This document shows positions 38,272 to 48,241 of a stretch of DNA of 64,000 nucleotides, in pieces. Source of the DNA: an uncultured Poribacteria bacterium (GTDB lineage Bacteria; Poribacteria; WGA-4E; WGA-3G); assembly GCA_958296135.2 (NCBI GenBank), contig CATQHZ020000001.1, forward strand, positions 2,752,001 to 2,816,000. The letters run 5' to 3'. How positions within the stretch are numbered: position 1 is the first letter of the stretch; each line of letters starts with the position of its first letter. The translations under genes were made by a program, and so were the position numbers. Under the pieces are notes generated by a model. That model ran no database searches, was not told the origin of the DNA, and worked only from the letters and a program-made list of their open reading frames with translations.

Positions 38272-40173
38272 TCACCAGTGCTTGAACGAATACATCCGCT
38301 GTTCTAAGAATAGCCCCAAGATCGCCCACAGACTGCCCATCACGAATTCACCGAGCATTGTGCCCAGAAAGAAGGGCAATGCTCGGCGATACGCGCCCAG
38401 TCCACCATGACGAATCAGGATAGACTTGATTCCCCAAGCGAGAAACACCGGAAACCAGAGTCGCCCAAAATTCCAATTGCCGGCGAGTGGATACGCGAGC
38501 GGATGCAGTTGCCACCAGATAAACCGCAGCCGCATGAAAAGGGTGCCTAAGGTGAGCGATATCCCGAAGCCGAAGAAGCCGATGTGTCGCCAATCCGTAT
38601 CGCTTGGGAAGGTGAGCCACCGCTGTAAATCGCTGAATGCTTCTTGTCCGCGCCATGTGCCTAAACTGCCGTGCCGATAACCGGCGTGCAGGAACGCCGT
38701 AAATCCGATGAGCAATCCGACGACAGTCGCACCCCACATCACCCACAAAAGTTGGCGCGCGTTGATGCCGCCCCGGTCTGCCAATTTAAAGCCTTCCAAT
38801 TGATTCGGCATGGGTTGTGAACGGTAGTTACGCGTGAAGCCGTAGAGGAAGGCGAAGCCGGTCAATGTCGGCGCGCCAATCTTTCTCGAACCGAAGAGTG
38901 ACGTGAGAAAAAAGCCGGGGCCCGCACGGTAAAAATCCTGCGTCGGCGTGCCGAGTTCTGCGCGCATCCGCGTAAATGCTAACACGAGGATAAAGTGGAC
39001 GCTAAAGAATCCCAGCACTCCCCACCATGACATCCCAGCCTTCAAGCAGAACCCAAACACAATTGCGATGCTGACGAGAAATCCGATGAACGCAGCCCGA
39101 TACCCCATCGGCTCACTCGCTGAATCCACACCACTTTTCACTCCCAAAATATTGCGTAACACCTGCCATAAATGCTTATGCGTTATCCAGAGCGCGAAGA
39201 AACAGAGCCCGAAATACGCGCCGAGTGACTGCATATCAATGTGCGGATACCCGGGCGTTTGGTTCATCCCAGTCATCGCGCCGAAGACGAGCTGCGCCTT
39301 CCAGAAAAGGTAAAACAGCCAGCACGAAAGCGACAGATCCAGCGGCATCAAAAAGCCGATACCGATAGCGTAAGGGTTGAGATGGATAGGCGTTGAACCG
39401 ATAGCACTCAGCGGTTTCTCCGTAAATAGCCTTCCGATGTCATGGCGGATGGGAATGCCCGGCACATAAGGGAAAAGAAAATTGATGCCGTTGAGTAAAT
39501 CAAGCCCGCATCCGATGGCAAAACCGAGCCAGAGGAGCCGGTCGCGGTAGAAACTGGCATCCTTCGTCATTTCATAAGGGAGCAGGATGATCGGATAACT
39601 CAGTTTTTCGTGCTCGATCCACTGTTTTCGGAGGATGACGTTGAGCATCAGCATCGAGAATGCGAGCGCGGAGAAGAAGAGCGTCCAGCATAACACCGGT
39701 GTCAGCCACGCACGGATATGTTCGGTTTCAAAAAGGTTTGAAGTGCCTTCATAGTAGCCGGTTAAGGCGCGCCGGTCCAGCACCGCAATCCAATCCGGAA
39801 TGTAGCGAAAAAAGAGCGATTGCCATTCGTTCTCCGGAGTGGCGAACCACGTTGCATGCCCCAAAACGCACATCGTCGCCTGCAGCAAGTCATGCCCACA
39901 AACGACGCAGGCCAGTGCCACCATGAGGTAAACGGTGAGCATCTCTGCCTGCGTCAACTGCCACTTCGGCAGGTATCGGGTGAGCAGGAGGTTGAACATC
40001 GCAACGAGAAAGAGGGTAAAGACAGCGTTAAAGAAAATCGCCATCGTCGTCGGATACTGCGTTGTCCACACCGTCTCTGTCTGAACGACGAGATAGATAT
40101 TCAGCGGGAGCGACAGAAGTCCTAGCAGGATAGCGCGCCATGTGATGTTTTCAGCGGCGGGAGGGGTTAGCAT
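38272..40173 (-). CDS. DUF6785/DUF6784-like polytopic membrane protein (paralog of 21843-23804)
   Basis: ITWRAILLG, ATPENEW, RKQWIEHEKLSYP, RMRAELG, LEGFKL. Confidence 0.8.
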   Translation of the reverse strand: MLTPPAAENITWRAILLGLLSLPLNIYLVVQTETVWTTQYPTTMAIFFNAVFTLFLVAMFNLLLTRYLPKWQLTQAEMLTVYLMVALACVVCGHDLLQATMCVLGHATWFATPENEWQSLFFRYIPDWIAVLDRRALTGYYEGTSNLFETEHIRAWLTPVLCWTLFFSALAFSMLMLNVILRKQWIEHEKLSYPIILLPYEMTKDASFYRDRLLWLGFAIGCGLDLLNGINFLFPYVPGIPIRHDIGRLFTEKPLSAIGSTPIHLNPYAIGIGFLMPLDLSLSCWLFYLFWKAQLVFGAMTGMNQTPGYPHIDMQSLGAYFGLCFFALWITHKHLWQVLRNILGVKSGVDSASEPMGYRAAFIGFLVSIAIVFGFCLKAGMSWWGVLGFFSVHFILVLAFTRMRAELGTPTQDFYRAGPGFFLTSLFGSRKIGAPTLTGFAFLYGFTRNYRSQPMPNQLEGFKLADRGGINARQLLWVMWGATVVGLLIGFTAFLHAGYRHGSLGTWRGQEAFSDLQRWLTFPSDTDWRHIGFFGFGISLTLGTLFMRLRFIWWQLHPLAYPLAGNWNFGRLWFPVFLAWGIKSILIRHGGLGAYRRALPFFLGTMLGEFVMGSLWAILGLFLEQRMYSFKHW

Positions 40174-40337
40174 CTTTCGTATTTCCTAGCGGTGGTTTTG
40201 CTGCATCTGTGGTGTGAAGTTTGACTGATACCAAATGACGTTGATTTGTCTCCCCGCTGTAGGTGGAGATGTGCATGAGTTTGACCTGTTTGGCCACCCC
40301 TGTCAAACCCGAACTATATCGACTAATCTGGTATAAG

Positions 40338-40423
40338 CACGTAGTCATCGTCAATGACGCTGACAGCACTGGTAAGACAACTGTTTTTCCATCGGTGGTG
40401 TTCGCCGAAGGCTTTGCGCCACA
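40338..40423 (+). repeat. ~100-bp dispersed repeat, copy D
   Basis: CACGTAGTCATCGTCAATGACGCTGACAGCACTGGTAAGAC...TTCGCCGAAG. Confidence 0.65.
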
Positions 40424-42370
40424 TTAAAAAGCGCGCTCCAGGCCGTAAAAAAGCTTCGGGCTTAACGCCGATGACATGGGCGCGTCAAGTGCGAAGGCAT
40501 ATTCAATCAGAAAGATGCCGGTGCCGCCGACCTGGGAGAAACTGCCCCGCAACCCAAACCCGACGCTGCGCTTGGGGTCTGCCAGATTAAACGTCCGCTT
40601 GCCATTCCAAATGTAACCGATATCGGCGAAGACGGTTGCGCTCAACACGAGCCCGATGTTCACCGGGCTGCCAGTAAAGGGCATAACACAGAACGTAGCG
40701 ACAGTGTCAATACCGTCATGGAGTTTTCGGAAGACAGTGCCGCCCAATACCGTGCGGGATTCAAGGCTCATCAGCATCAACTTTTCGCCACTAAATTGAC
40801 GCAAACTGTAGCCGCGCAATCCGTTCAATGCCCCGAGCGCAACCTGGCTTTCCCCCCGCCATCCGAACTGCATCGTTGTCTTAAATTGCGCGAGGAACGT
40901 CTGATGGAAGTCAAAGAGGCCGTTCTCTTTAAAGCCGCTCTCAAGCGTATAGATGTCGCCCGTGTTGAATACGTCCGTGTAAAATAAAGTCGTCCGCGCC
41001 TGAATAATAGAACGCTCAATTCGGCTAGTGAAGTTGGTGTTGAGGGCTATTGTCGTCGTGCCAAAGAGGCGTTGTCCGCGCATCCATCCGTTGCCAAGGG
41101 CCAGTTCTACATAAGATTCTGTCCGGTCTGAACCGTAGAGCGGTGATGCGTGCCCGAGGGAAAGTCCGTATTGAGAGCCGATAAAAAAGTTTTCCGTCTG
41201 TCCCATCCGCATGAGAAACCGGGTCTTGTGGTATGCGACGCGCTGCCGGCCAACGGTGATGCCGAAGCGTTTGATGTCTCGGTTTCGCAGGGCGGCCGCG
41301 GAGGATTCGCTTTTTTCAATTAATTCGTATGTTGAACGGCGTGCGGTTGCCCAAAGTCCGACGTAGGTTTGCTGCTGCCGGTCGCCGAAATAGCGGCGTA
41401 TGCGGCCGGATACGCCGCGGAGATGTTGCTCAAAAGTATCGGTTCGTGTCGCGTCTTCATACCATGAGACAGGGTCACTTGACTCTAATAAGTGAAACCG
41501 CGCGCTCCACCGACTTTTGAGGGAGTATTGTGGCCTTTCCAGGAGCACGCGCCACGAATCGCCGATGCGTTCCTGAGTATATTCGCCATCAAAGTTCCAA
41601 TGCGAATTGAAAAGGCGCGGCATCTCATACTTCCATCGAAAGAAACTCCGCGTCTTTTCGTCAACTTCGCTGATCCGTTCATAACTGAATTGTGTCGCAT
41701 GTCCAGTGCCGGAGAGGTTCGCTTCTCTCACTCTAGCGAGGAACCGCCCGCCTTGGCTGTTGAAATTCGGTTCTAAAGCACCGAGGAGCGTCCAGAGCTC
41801 TTTGACGGTAACGTGAACGGACACAGTCTGCGACAAAGCATCCCACCGCGCTTCAATCCTCGGGTCGCCGATGTATCGTTTTCTTCGCAGAATCTGTTCG
41901 CTCTCTTCCTTGTCCGCCTCGGTGTAGACATCGCCAATACCAAACAGGAGTTCGCGGAGAATAACGGCATCTTTGGTTTTCGTGTTGCCAGCAAGGGTGA
42001 TTTTGCCGATGATGCCTTCGTCTATCTCAAAGCGGATATAAACGCCATCGCCGAATTGTTTGACAGCGAGCTTCTCCTGTGGCACGCGGGCGAAGGGGAA
42101 GCCTTTCTCGTGATAGAAACGGACAATTACGTCAAAATCTTGTTTCAGCACATTCTCATCATAAGTGCGCCACACATCTGTCCGCATGAGGGTGCGAATT
42201 TGTGCTTCCGGAAACGAATCGTTACCGGAAATGACAAGACTGCGAACAACACTGGCCGCGTTCTGACTTCGCACCGTTTGCAGCGGCGGTGCCGCACCGA
42301 GGGCGAGTTGCACGGTGAAGGTAACAAGGAGGCACACGAGCGGCAGGAGTTGTATGAATAGGCGTGGCAT
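40424..42370 (-). CDS. Omp85/BamA-TamA family outer membrane protein with POTRA domains
   Basis: Signal peptide, GN.KTKD.VILRE POTRA, LRGY, FADIG, C-terminal Phe. Confidence 0.85.
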   Translation of the reverse strand: MPRLFIQLLPLVCLLVTFTVQLALGAAPPLQTVRSQNAASVVRSLVISGNDSFPEAQIRTLMRTDVWRTYDENVLKQDFDVIVRFYHEKGFPFARVPQEKLAVKQFGDGVYIRFEIDEGIIGKITLAGNTKTKDAVILRELLFGIGDVYTEADKEESEQILRRKRYIGDPRIEARWDALSQTVSVHVTVKELWTLLGALEPNFNSQGGRFLARVREANLSGTGHATQFSYERISEVDEKTRSFFRWKYEMPRLFNSHWNFDGEYTQERIGDSWRVLLERPQYSLKSRWSARFHLLESSDPVSWYEDATRTDTFEQHLRGVSGRIRRYFGDRQQQTYVGLWATARRSTYELIEKSESSAAALRNRDIKRFGITVGRQRVAYHKTRFLMRMGQTENFFIGSQYGLSLGHASPLYGSDRTESYVELALGNGWMRGQRLFGTTTIALNTNFTSRIERSIIQARTTLFYTDVFNTGDIYTLESGFKENGLFDFHQTFLAQFKTTMQFGWRGESQVALGALNGLRGYSLRQFSGEKLMLMSLESRTVLGGTVFRKLHDGIDTVATFCVMPFTGSPVNIGLVLSATVFADIGYIWNGKRTFNLADPKRSVGFGLRGSFSQVGGTGIFLIEYAFALDAPMSSALSPKLFYGLERAF

Positions 42371-44580
42371 TATCTGTTACCTGCGGCGGACGCGCTGCCG
42401 ACGAGGCCGGTCCTGCTGGTTAATCGGTTCGAGACAAAGCTTTCAAGAAATAAAAGCGTCACGGCGACAATGAGTAATTCGCCCCAGATTTCTCTGCCGT
42501 GTCGCTGGACGTTGTAGGAAACCTCAGCATCCATGCCAGGTGCTCCATCGGTTTCGGTTATTTGCGCGCCTACTCGCGCGGCCGCCTTCTCAATGTCAAC
42601 CGGTGCCAAATCGGATTCGCCCGGGTCTACGTTAACGGCAAAGAAGTCTCGCTCAAGTCGTCCCTGCGTTTGCACCTCAACCTGATAGATGCCGGGGTAT
42701 TCTGTCCCTTCAAAACGGAGGGTTCCGTCCTCCGCGATAGGTTTTTTGTCTGGCGCAATGCGTTCGGACATGTCCTCTTGTTCTGTTAAGAGTGTCTTGC
42801 CAGCACCGTCATCGACGTTGTCGATGCCTACATTCTTGGTTTTTCCATATCCTACTGCTGTGCGTTTTATAGCGGCTGTCGCGCCAGCACTGCGCGGATA
42901 GCGCGCTGTCCAAGGTTCACCTACCCTGACATCAGAGCGGCGGGAAACGCTTCCTTGCCCGGACAATACTTGTGCGTAAAGCACACTCTGTTGAAGGAGC
43001 GGGAGAAAATAAGGATTGAGGAGCTGCGTCTGAAGCCCACAGTTATAGAGTAACACAAGGCCTTTTTCGATCAGAAAGGGGGTTCCATCGCCGAAGCGGG
43101 CAACGACATTCGCTTCAGCTGTAGGGACAAGCATCATGCCGTTGTGAAATTGCGGGGCATACTGCTCGGGAAACCCATCGCTGGGAAAGATGTCAAAAAT
43201 CGGGTGCGCGGCGTTATATTCCGTAATCTGTTGCGGCGGTGCCCACGTGAGCGGCGTGCCTACCTGTGCAGGCAAAATATCGCCCAGTTGTGCGTAGGTA
43301 ACGGGCTCAGGCGAGCCCGTTCTATCACTGACGAAGGCGATGATGCTTTTCCGGCTGCGGATGCACGCGTGAAGCTGCGCCCGAATTTGTGCTGTCACCT
43401 TCGGGACATCTGCGAGGATAACAACGTCATAATCCTCAAGCGGAAATGTCTCGAATTCAGCGGGCGTGCATGCCGTTGGCAGAATCATCGTCCCGCTGTT
43501 TGGGTTGAGTGCCAACGTGAGGGTATGTGTCTGTTCGCCGACACATAGAACGCGCACTTCTCCGAGTGCCTCAAAGGCGAAATACCGCCGATTGTCGGCA
43601 CTCAACCTATCGGGAGTCAGCGTGAAATAGCCGGTATGCGTGCCGGGTGTGGAGAAGCGATGCGTTAAAGGTGTCGTCAGCGATTCGTCTGCTGCTGCGG
43701 AAAAAGTCATGGTTCGCCGTTTTTGTCCTCCGATAAACAACGTCAACGTGCTCTGTTCCAACGGTGCCGCTGAATGATTCGTCCCTGTCACATACAATTG
43801 GAACGACAGATTCATCCCGATTAGTTGATTTGAGGGCACAATTTCTTCAATATTCGTGTTATGTGGGTTTTGTGCCGTAACCGGCACCAGGAAGATACGC
43901 GCGCCGGAGAAATTCGAGATGCGTCCCCAGTTTGCCCACCCGTTCTCAGCGAAATCCGAAATCAGATAGATTTCCCTGTTCAATGCAGTTCTTGCTAGAG
44001 GCTCGCTCTCCCGGGCGCGATGCTCTCCCGACAAGATGTCGTGTGCGAGCTCCAGACTCAGTTGCACGTTTGTCGCACGGTAGGAGACTTCCGCCTCGTC
44101 AATCGCCGCGATGACGCTCTCAACGTCGGGAGTGAGCTGGCGAAAGACAGGCCGTGCGACATCGGACATGAGGATAAGCGAGGCACTATCGCCGTGACGA
44201 AGGGAACGGAGGACATCGATGCCCAACGCCTTCGCCTTTTCAAACGCCACACCCTCAACACCTTCATAAGCCATGCTGTAGGAATTATCTAGGATAATGA
44301 CAACATCGGTCTTGGCGCGGACGGCGGACAGCGGCAGCCCTAGCGTTAAAAACGGACGCGCCAATGCCAGCGCGACGAGCGCAACGATGAGCATCCGCAA
44401 TAGCAGAATCAGGAGGTTTTTGAGTTGGACGCGGCGGACATTTTGACGATGTGCCGCCACGAGGAACATCAGACTGCTAAAATCTATCGTCACCACGCGG
44501 CGACGATTCCAGAGATGGATGAGCAGGGGAATGCCAGCGGCGAGCAGCCCGAAGAGGAAAAGTGGGTTGAGAAATGCCAT
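42370..44580 (-). CDS. BatA-N / von Willebrand factor A domain membrane protein
   Basis: FLNPLFL.GL...PLLIHL, LARP, DNSYSM MIDAS, ISDF, AVNVD..ESDL. Confidence 0.88.
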   Translation of the reverse strand: MAFLNPLFLFGLLAAGIPLLIHLWNRRRVVTIDFSSLMFLVAAHRQNVRRVQLKNLLILLLRMLIVALVALALARPFLTLGLPLSAVRAKTDVVIILDNSYSMAYEGVEGVAFEKAKALGIDVLRSLRHGDSASLILMSDVARPVFRQLTPDVESVIAAIDEAEVSYRATNVQLSLELAHDILSGEHRARESEPLARTALNREIYLISDFAENGWANWGRISNFSGARIFLVPVTAQNPHNTNIEEIVPSNQLIGMNLSFQLYVTGTNHSAAPLEQSTLTLFIGGQKRRTMTFSAAADESLTTPLTHRFSTPGTHTGYFTLTPDRLSADNRRYFAFEALGEVRVLCVGEQTHTLTLALNPNSGTMILPTACTPAEFETFPLEDYDVVILADVPKVTAQIRAQLHACIRSRKSIIAFVSDRTGSPEPVTYAQLGDILPAQVGTPLTWAPPQQITEYNAAHPIFDIFPSDGFPEQYAPQFHNGMMLVPTAEANVVARFGDGTPFLIEKGLVLLYNCGLQTQLLNPYFLPLLQQSVLYAQVLSGQGSVSRRSDVRVGEPWTARYPRSAGATAAIKRTAVGYGKTKNVGIDNVDDGAGKTLLTEQEDMSERIAPDKKPIAEDGTLRFEGTEYPGIYQVEVQTQGRLERDFFAVNVDPGESDLAPVDIEKAAARVGAQITETDGAPGMDAEVSYNVQRHGREIWGELLIVAVTLLFLESFVSNRLTSRTGLVGSASAAGNR

Positions 44581-44672
44581 ATTTTGTCTTTCACAATGTG
44601 TTCGGACAGCGTTACTGAGTCAATAACATCTGCTTACCAAGTGTGTCATCAACGTTGTTGATGACTACGTTA
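44581..44672 (-). repeat. ~100-bp dispersed repeat, copy F
   Basis: Reverse strand AACGTAGTCATCAACAACGTTGATGACACACTTGGTAAG...CCGAACACATTG. Confidence 0.7.
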
Positions 44673-44772
44673 TACCCAATTCACCTCTGTCGTTCGGGCT
44701 CGCCGCGGGTCGGAGGCCAAGCAGGCGAGTTGGTTTCCCTACAGACGCAAGACAAATCAACTTCATTTCGGA

Positions 44773-46272
44773 CTACTCAATAACGACAATTTCAAGTTGA
44801 TTCAGCGTCCGAAAGACGCCTTCCGCGAATTCTAACAGCGTATCCGATTCCAAAGTGCTGCCACCCAGTTGAATGTGATTTGCATCGTCGAGCGTCTGTC
44901 CTAGCGTCGGATCCATTTGCACCCAGCTGCCGACGTAGACTTCGGGCCAGAAGTGGTAATAGAACGCATCTTTTGAAAAGATGAGCCCAGAACAGATTCG
45001 CGCCGGAATGCCAACCGAACGTGCCAGCGCGATAAACAGGACGGTATGCTCCGTGCAATCTCCGGAACGCGAATCTAACGTCGTCAATGCAGAACTGTAG
45101 CCGCCGCTCAACTTTTTATCTGTAATAGCGGTGTAAACCCATCGGCACAATTTCTCGGCCGCACGCCATGAATTGACTTCACCCTCCAAAATTTCGCCGG
45201 TCTTCGCACGAATTTCGGGGTGGCCCGACTGAATATAGACACTTGAACCCAGAAACGCGCTTTCTGCGTCCTGAATCGGTAAGTCTGGGCAATGCGCCGC
45301 AGCAATCGTAGGGACCTGAATTGAAAGTTTACCGGCATGTTCGGAGATAACCTCCAGTTTCTGCATAGCGGTGGACATCACCGCTTCGGAAATGCTCCGC
45401 TCTGTGAGTCGCACCTCGGCCACGAGGCGTTCTGCTGCCGGAATAGGACGCTTGCCGCCGGGCAGGATACGGGTTCGTAAAACGATGTCAACTTCGCCGA
45501 TGTCCCCGAGCGCGGTTTGTCTGTCGGTTTTCGTCAGTGCCATCGACAGCCCCATCAGCGGCACCTCGGTGCGGTAGGTCACCCCATCGCCGCCGAGCCA
45601 CACCCGTGCGGTAATGCCGCCCATCATATCGGTTGTCTGCTTGACGACGTAAACCTGTTTCTCCTCCCCACGGTAGGTTAAGGTTTCTTCGGCGAGCACC
45701 TCGAGCTCTGTCTTGACTGGTTTGAGGATGTCGAAAAGGAACGAATGAACAATCTTTTTATCGCCAACGTGGATAGGTTTTTGAGCCAACAGTGCATCCC
45801 CGGTCATAAATTCGGAAATCGTTCCAGATGGGACAAGGACTTCGGATTCTGTCGTTTCGCCGTTGAGCGTCATCTTGATGTAGGCAACGCCCCCTACAAT
45901 TCGGCCCTCCACCTGTTTTGAGCCGTTTTCATTAGAGGTAGAGAGGAAGTAGCGCGGCACCAGATCTGCGCCGGTATATTCAAGGCGCGTTGTCTCAATC
46001 GTCATACCCATCCCGAAACCCTTCAGACTCATTACCGTCTCGACCTTGTTCCGCTTCACCTTTTCGCCCTGATACTCGGCATTTTCAAGATAGGTATGCA
46101 TATAGCCTATCTTGGTGCCCATCAGAGTGACGTTATACCAATGTTCGCCCGCCTGGCCCTGTTGTAGCATCTTCTGATATGCTCCTTGTCCTTGGTCTGC
46201 GGCGTGCGCCGTTGCTGCCACAATCCAAACGGTGACGAAGCAGCACAGAAGGTAAAGTTTTGATAATGTCAT
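44773..46272 (-). CDS. secreted transglutaminase-like domain protein
   Basis: Signal peptide; GDCTEH, HFWPEVY, WVQMDPT catalytic triad motifs. Confidence 0.88.
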   Translation of the reverse strand: MTLSKLYLLCCFVTVWIVAATAHAADQGQGAYQKMLQQGQAGEHWYNVTLMGTKIGYMHTYLENAEYQGEKVKRNKVETVMSLKGFGMGMTIETTRLEYTGADLVPRYFLSTSNENGSKQVEGRIVGGVAYIKMTLNGETTESEVLVPSGTISEFMTGDALLAQKPIHVGDKKIVHSFLFDILKPVKTELEVLAEETLTYRGEEKQVYVVKQTTDMMGGITARVWLGGDGVTYRTEVPLMGLSMALTKTDRQTALGDIGEVDIVLRTRILPGGKRPIPAAERLVAEVRLTERSISEAVMSTAMQKLEVISEHAGKLSIQVPTIAAAHCPDLPIQDAESAFLGSSVYIQSGHPEIRAKTGEILEGEVNSWRAAEKLCRWVYTAITDKKLSGGYSSALTTLDSRSGDCTEHTVLFIALARSVGIPARICSGLIFSKDAFYYHFWPEVYVGSWVQMDPTLGQTLDDANHIQLGGSTLESDTLLEFAEGVFRTLNQLEIVVIE

Positions 46273-46328
46273 AAGATTGGGACTCCTTTTGTATACATGG
46301 AACGCCGTGCGCATTTCCACCTATGTTA

Positions 46329-46357
46329 ATTATACCCAATATATCCGCTAATGTCAA
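46329..46357 (-). promoter_or_regulatory. sigma70 promoter
   Basis: Perfect TTGACA-17bp-TATAAT. Confidence 0.8.
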
Positions 46358-46773
46358 ACTTTTCCCAAACCCCGTAGGCGCGGTTGCAAATCGCGCCCTA
46401 CCCGCGGAGAATGATGACATTGCGGCTGTCCTATGGATTATGAGAACAAGAGACGTGGATAATCCCGCTCATCAGCATCAAACGCCAGAATCTTTTTAAT
46501 TTTGCCCGGCTGTGCCCAATTGCACTTGCCAGCCCCATTGAGTTGCCGCAACAAAGCAGGAATTTCCGGGTGCTCAAGTGCAGTTTTAATTCGCTGTGCC
46601 TCCTGTTCAGTCCAGCAAGGAATAAAGGCATGCATGGACTGATCACCTTGCCAAACTTGCCCATCCACATCGGATAGCACAATCGGGTTAAACTCGCTTC
46701 TGCCATACGCTTCCCACATCACCTTAAAAGGCGCAAATGCATAAGGACCGGCTCCTAGCACAGCCCACCAACA

Positions 46774-48241
46774 CCGCACTACATAACCTATGAGCATCTC
46801 GTCAAATGTAGACTTATCTGGAAACCTGTGCAAAGTCTACGAGTCTCTGAGAGGTCAGCGGTTTCCTGCTTCTTCCGCGCACACGCGGGTTCTGATGCCA
46901 GCCTACCAAAGTAGGTGTGACAGCATCTCCACAGGCGTTTAGACTCTCGTCCGTGCTAGACGCGAGTTGTCGAAGGTTTATAGCGGCGTTAACATCCCGA
47001 TCTTCAACGAATCCACAAACACCGCAGTGGTATTCTCTGTCCTTGAGCGTCAGTTTGAATTCGCCACGTTTGACGTATCCACAGGAACTGCATCGCTGTG
47101 TTGACGGCCAGAACTTATCTGCTGACACAATGCGGATGCCGCGCCACACCGCTTTATATTTGAGTGTCACGAGGAAGCCGCCAAGACTTGCATCGGCGAG
47201 TGCCTTGCTCAACTTGCGGTTCTTCATCAAACCTTTCACGGTGAGGCTCTCGATGCCAAGTGCCGAGATGCCTTGCAGGATGCGATGTGTCACCTGATGA
47301 TGGGCATCGGTTCGCACATTTGCTATACGGGCATGCAGGCGGGCGAGGCGTTCCTTCGCCTTCCACCAGTTTTTGCTCAGGAACGTCTTGCGGGCGAGTG
47401 CCTTATTTGCACGGCGTAGTTTGCGTTCATTGACGCGCAAGGCACGCGGATTTTCGTAGACAGTGCCATCGTCCATCGTGGCGAGGGCAGAGATGCCGAC
47501 ATCACAACCTGCAGGGGGCAGTGCTGACGTGTCGGGCGGTTCCGGGACATCAACTTCGACAAGGATGCTGAGATACCAACGATGTGCGATGCGTTTGACG
47601 AAAGCACGGCGAACTTCACCTGTCCATCGAGGGGGTTCATGCAACCTAACCTGTCCAATTATCGGAAGGACGACGTGTTTGCCGTCCTCCGTTATTTTGA
47701 CGCTATCCACACCATTATCAATCTGGAACGCGGGCGGAGACTTATGCGTCTTCCGTTTGGGCGCACCATTCTGTCCCGATTTGTATCTGGCGATAGCATC
47801 ACCGAAAGCGTGGATAGCATTCTTGCCTGCGTTTTGAGAACACGCGGCGAATTCGGGGAACACCTGCCGCTTCCGTGAGTTGAAGATTTTCTTCAAATCG
47901 TAGAGGGAGTTACGGCGGTCGGCGTTCCAATCCGAATGCGCGGCATTATAGGCGGCGCGTGCGAATTGCACATGCAGGTTAAATGCCTCCACCTGTTCCT
48001 CAGTTGGATTGAGCGCTATCTTCTGGGCTCGTCGTGCCATAGCGTCACCGTTCCCGTTGGTTGTCACCTGCTGCTAGATAGGTGGGGCGAGAGACACGGC
48101 GGGAAGCCGCGCCTAGCCGTCTCGCCCCCAACGGTAACTACATTCTACCACAAATCCACGCCGACTGCAAGTCAAAATGCACACTGCTAGATTAGGGTAG
48201 ATTATCCTAGTATCTCATAGAGTTATCGTCACTGCACCGAG
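46774..48241 (-). mobile_element. non-autonomous tnpB-only IS607-like element
   Basis: GG dinucleotide at both junctions; removing it restores the MTase frame; imperfect subterminal inverted repeat. Confidence 0.75.
46814..48040 (-). CDS. tnpB: RNA-guided endonuclease TnpB
   Basis: RuvC GCDVG, IESL, DRDVNAAINL; Zn finger CSSCG...CGVCG. Confidence 0.95.
   Translation of the reverse strand: MARRAQKIALNPTEEQVEAFNLHVQFARAAYNAAHSDWNADRRNSLYDLKKIFNSRKRQVFPEFAACSQNAGKNAIHAFGDAIARYKSGQNGAPKRKTHKSPPAFQIDNGVDSVKITEDGKHVVLPIIGQVRLHEPPRWTGEVRRAFVKRIAHRWYLSILVEVDVPEPPDTSALPPAGCDVGISALATMDDGTVYENPRALRVNERKLRRANKALARKTFLSKNWWKAKERLARLHARIANVRTDAHHQVTHRILQGISALGIESLTVKGLMKNRKLSKALADASLGGFLVTLKYKAVWRGIRIVSADKFWPSTQRCSSCGYVKRGEFKLTLKDREYHCGVCGFVEDRDVNAAINLRQLASSTDESLNACGDAVTPTLVGWHQNPRVRGRSRKPLTSQRLVDFAQVSR

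Noticed and set aside
46774-48241. IStron (group I intron + IS)
   Set aside because: Only about 200 bp precede tnpB, too short for a group I core, and no such motifs were seen.
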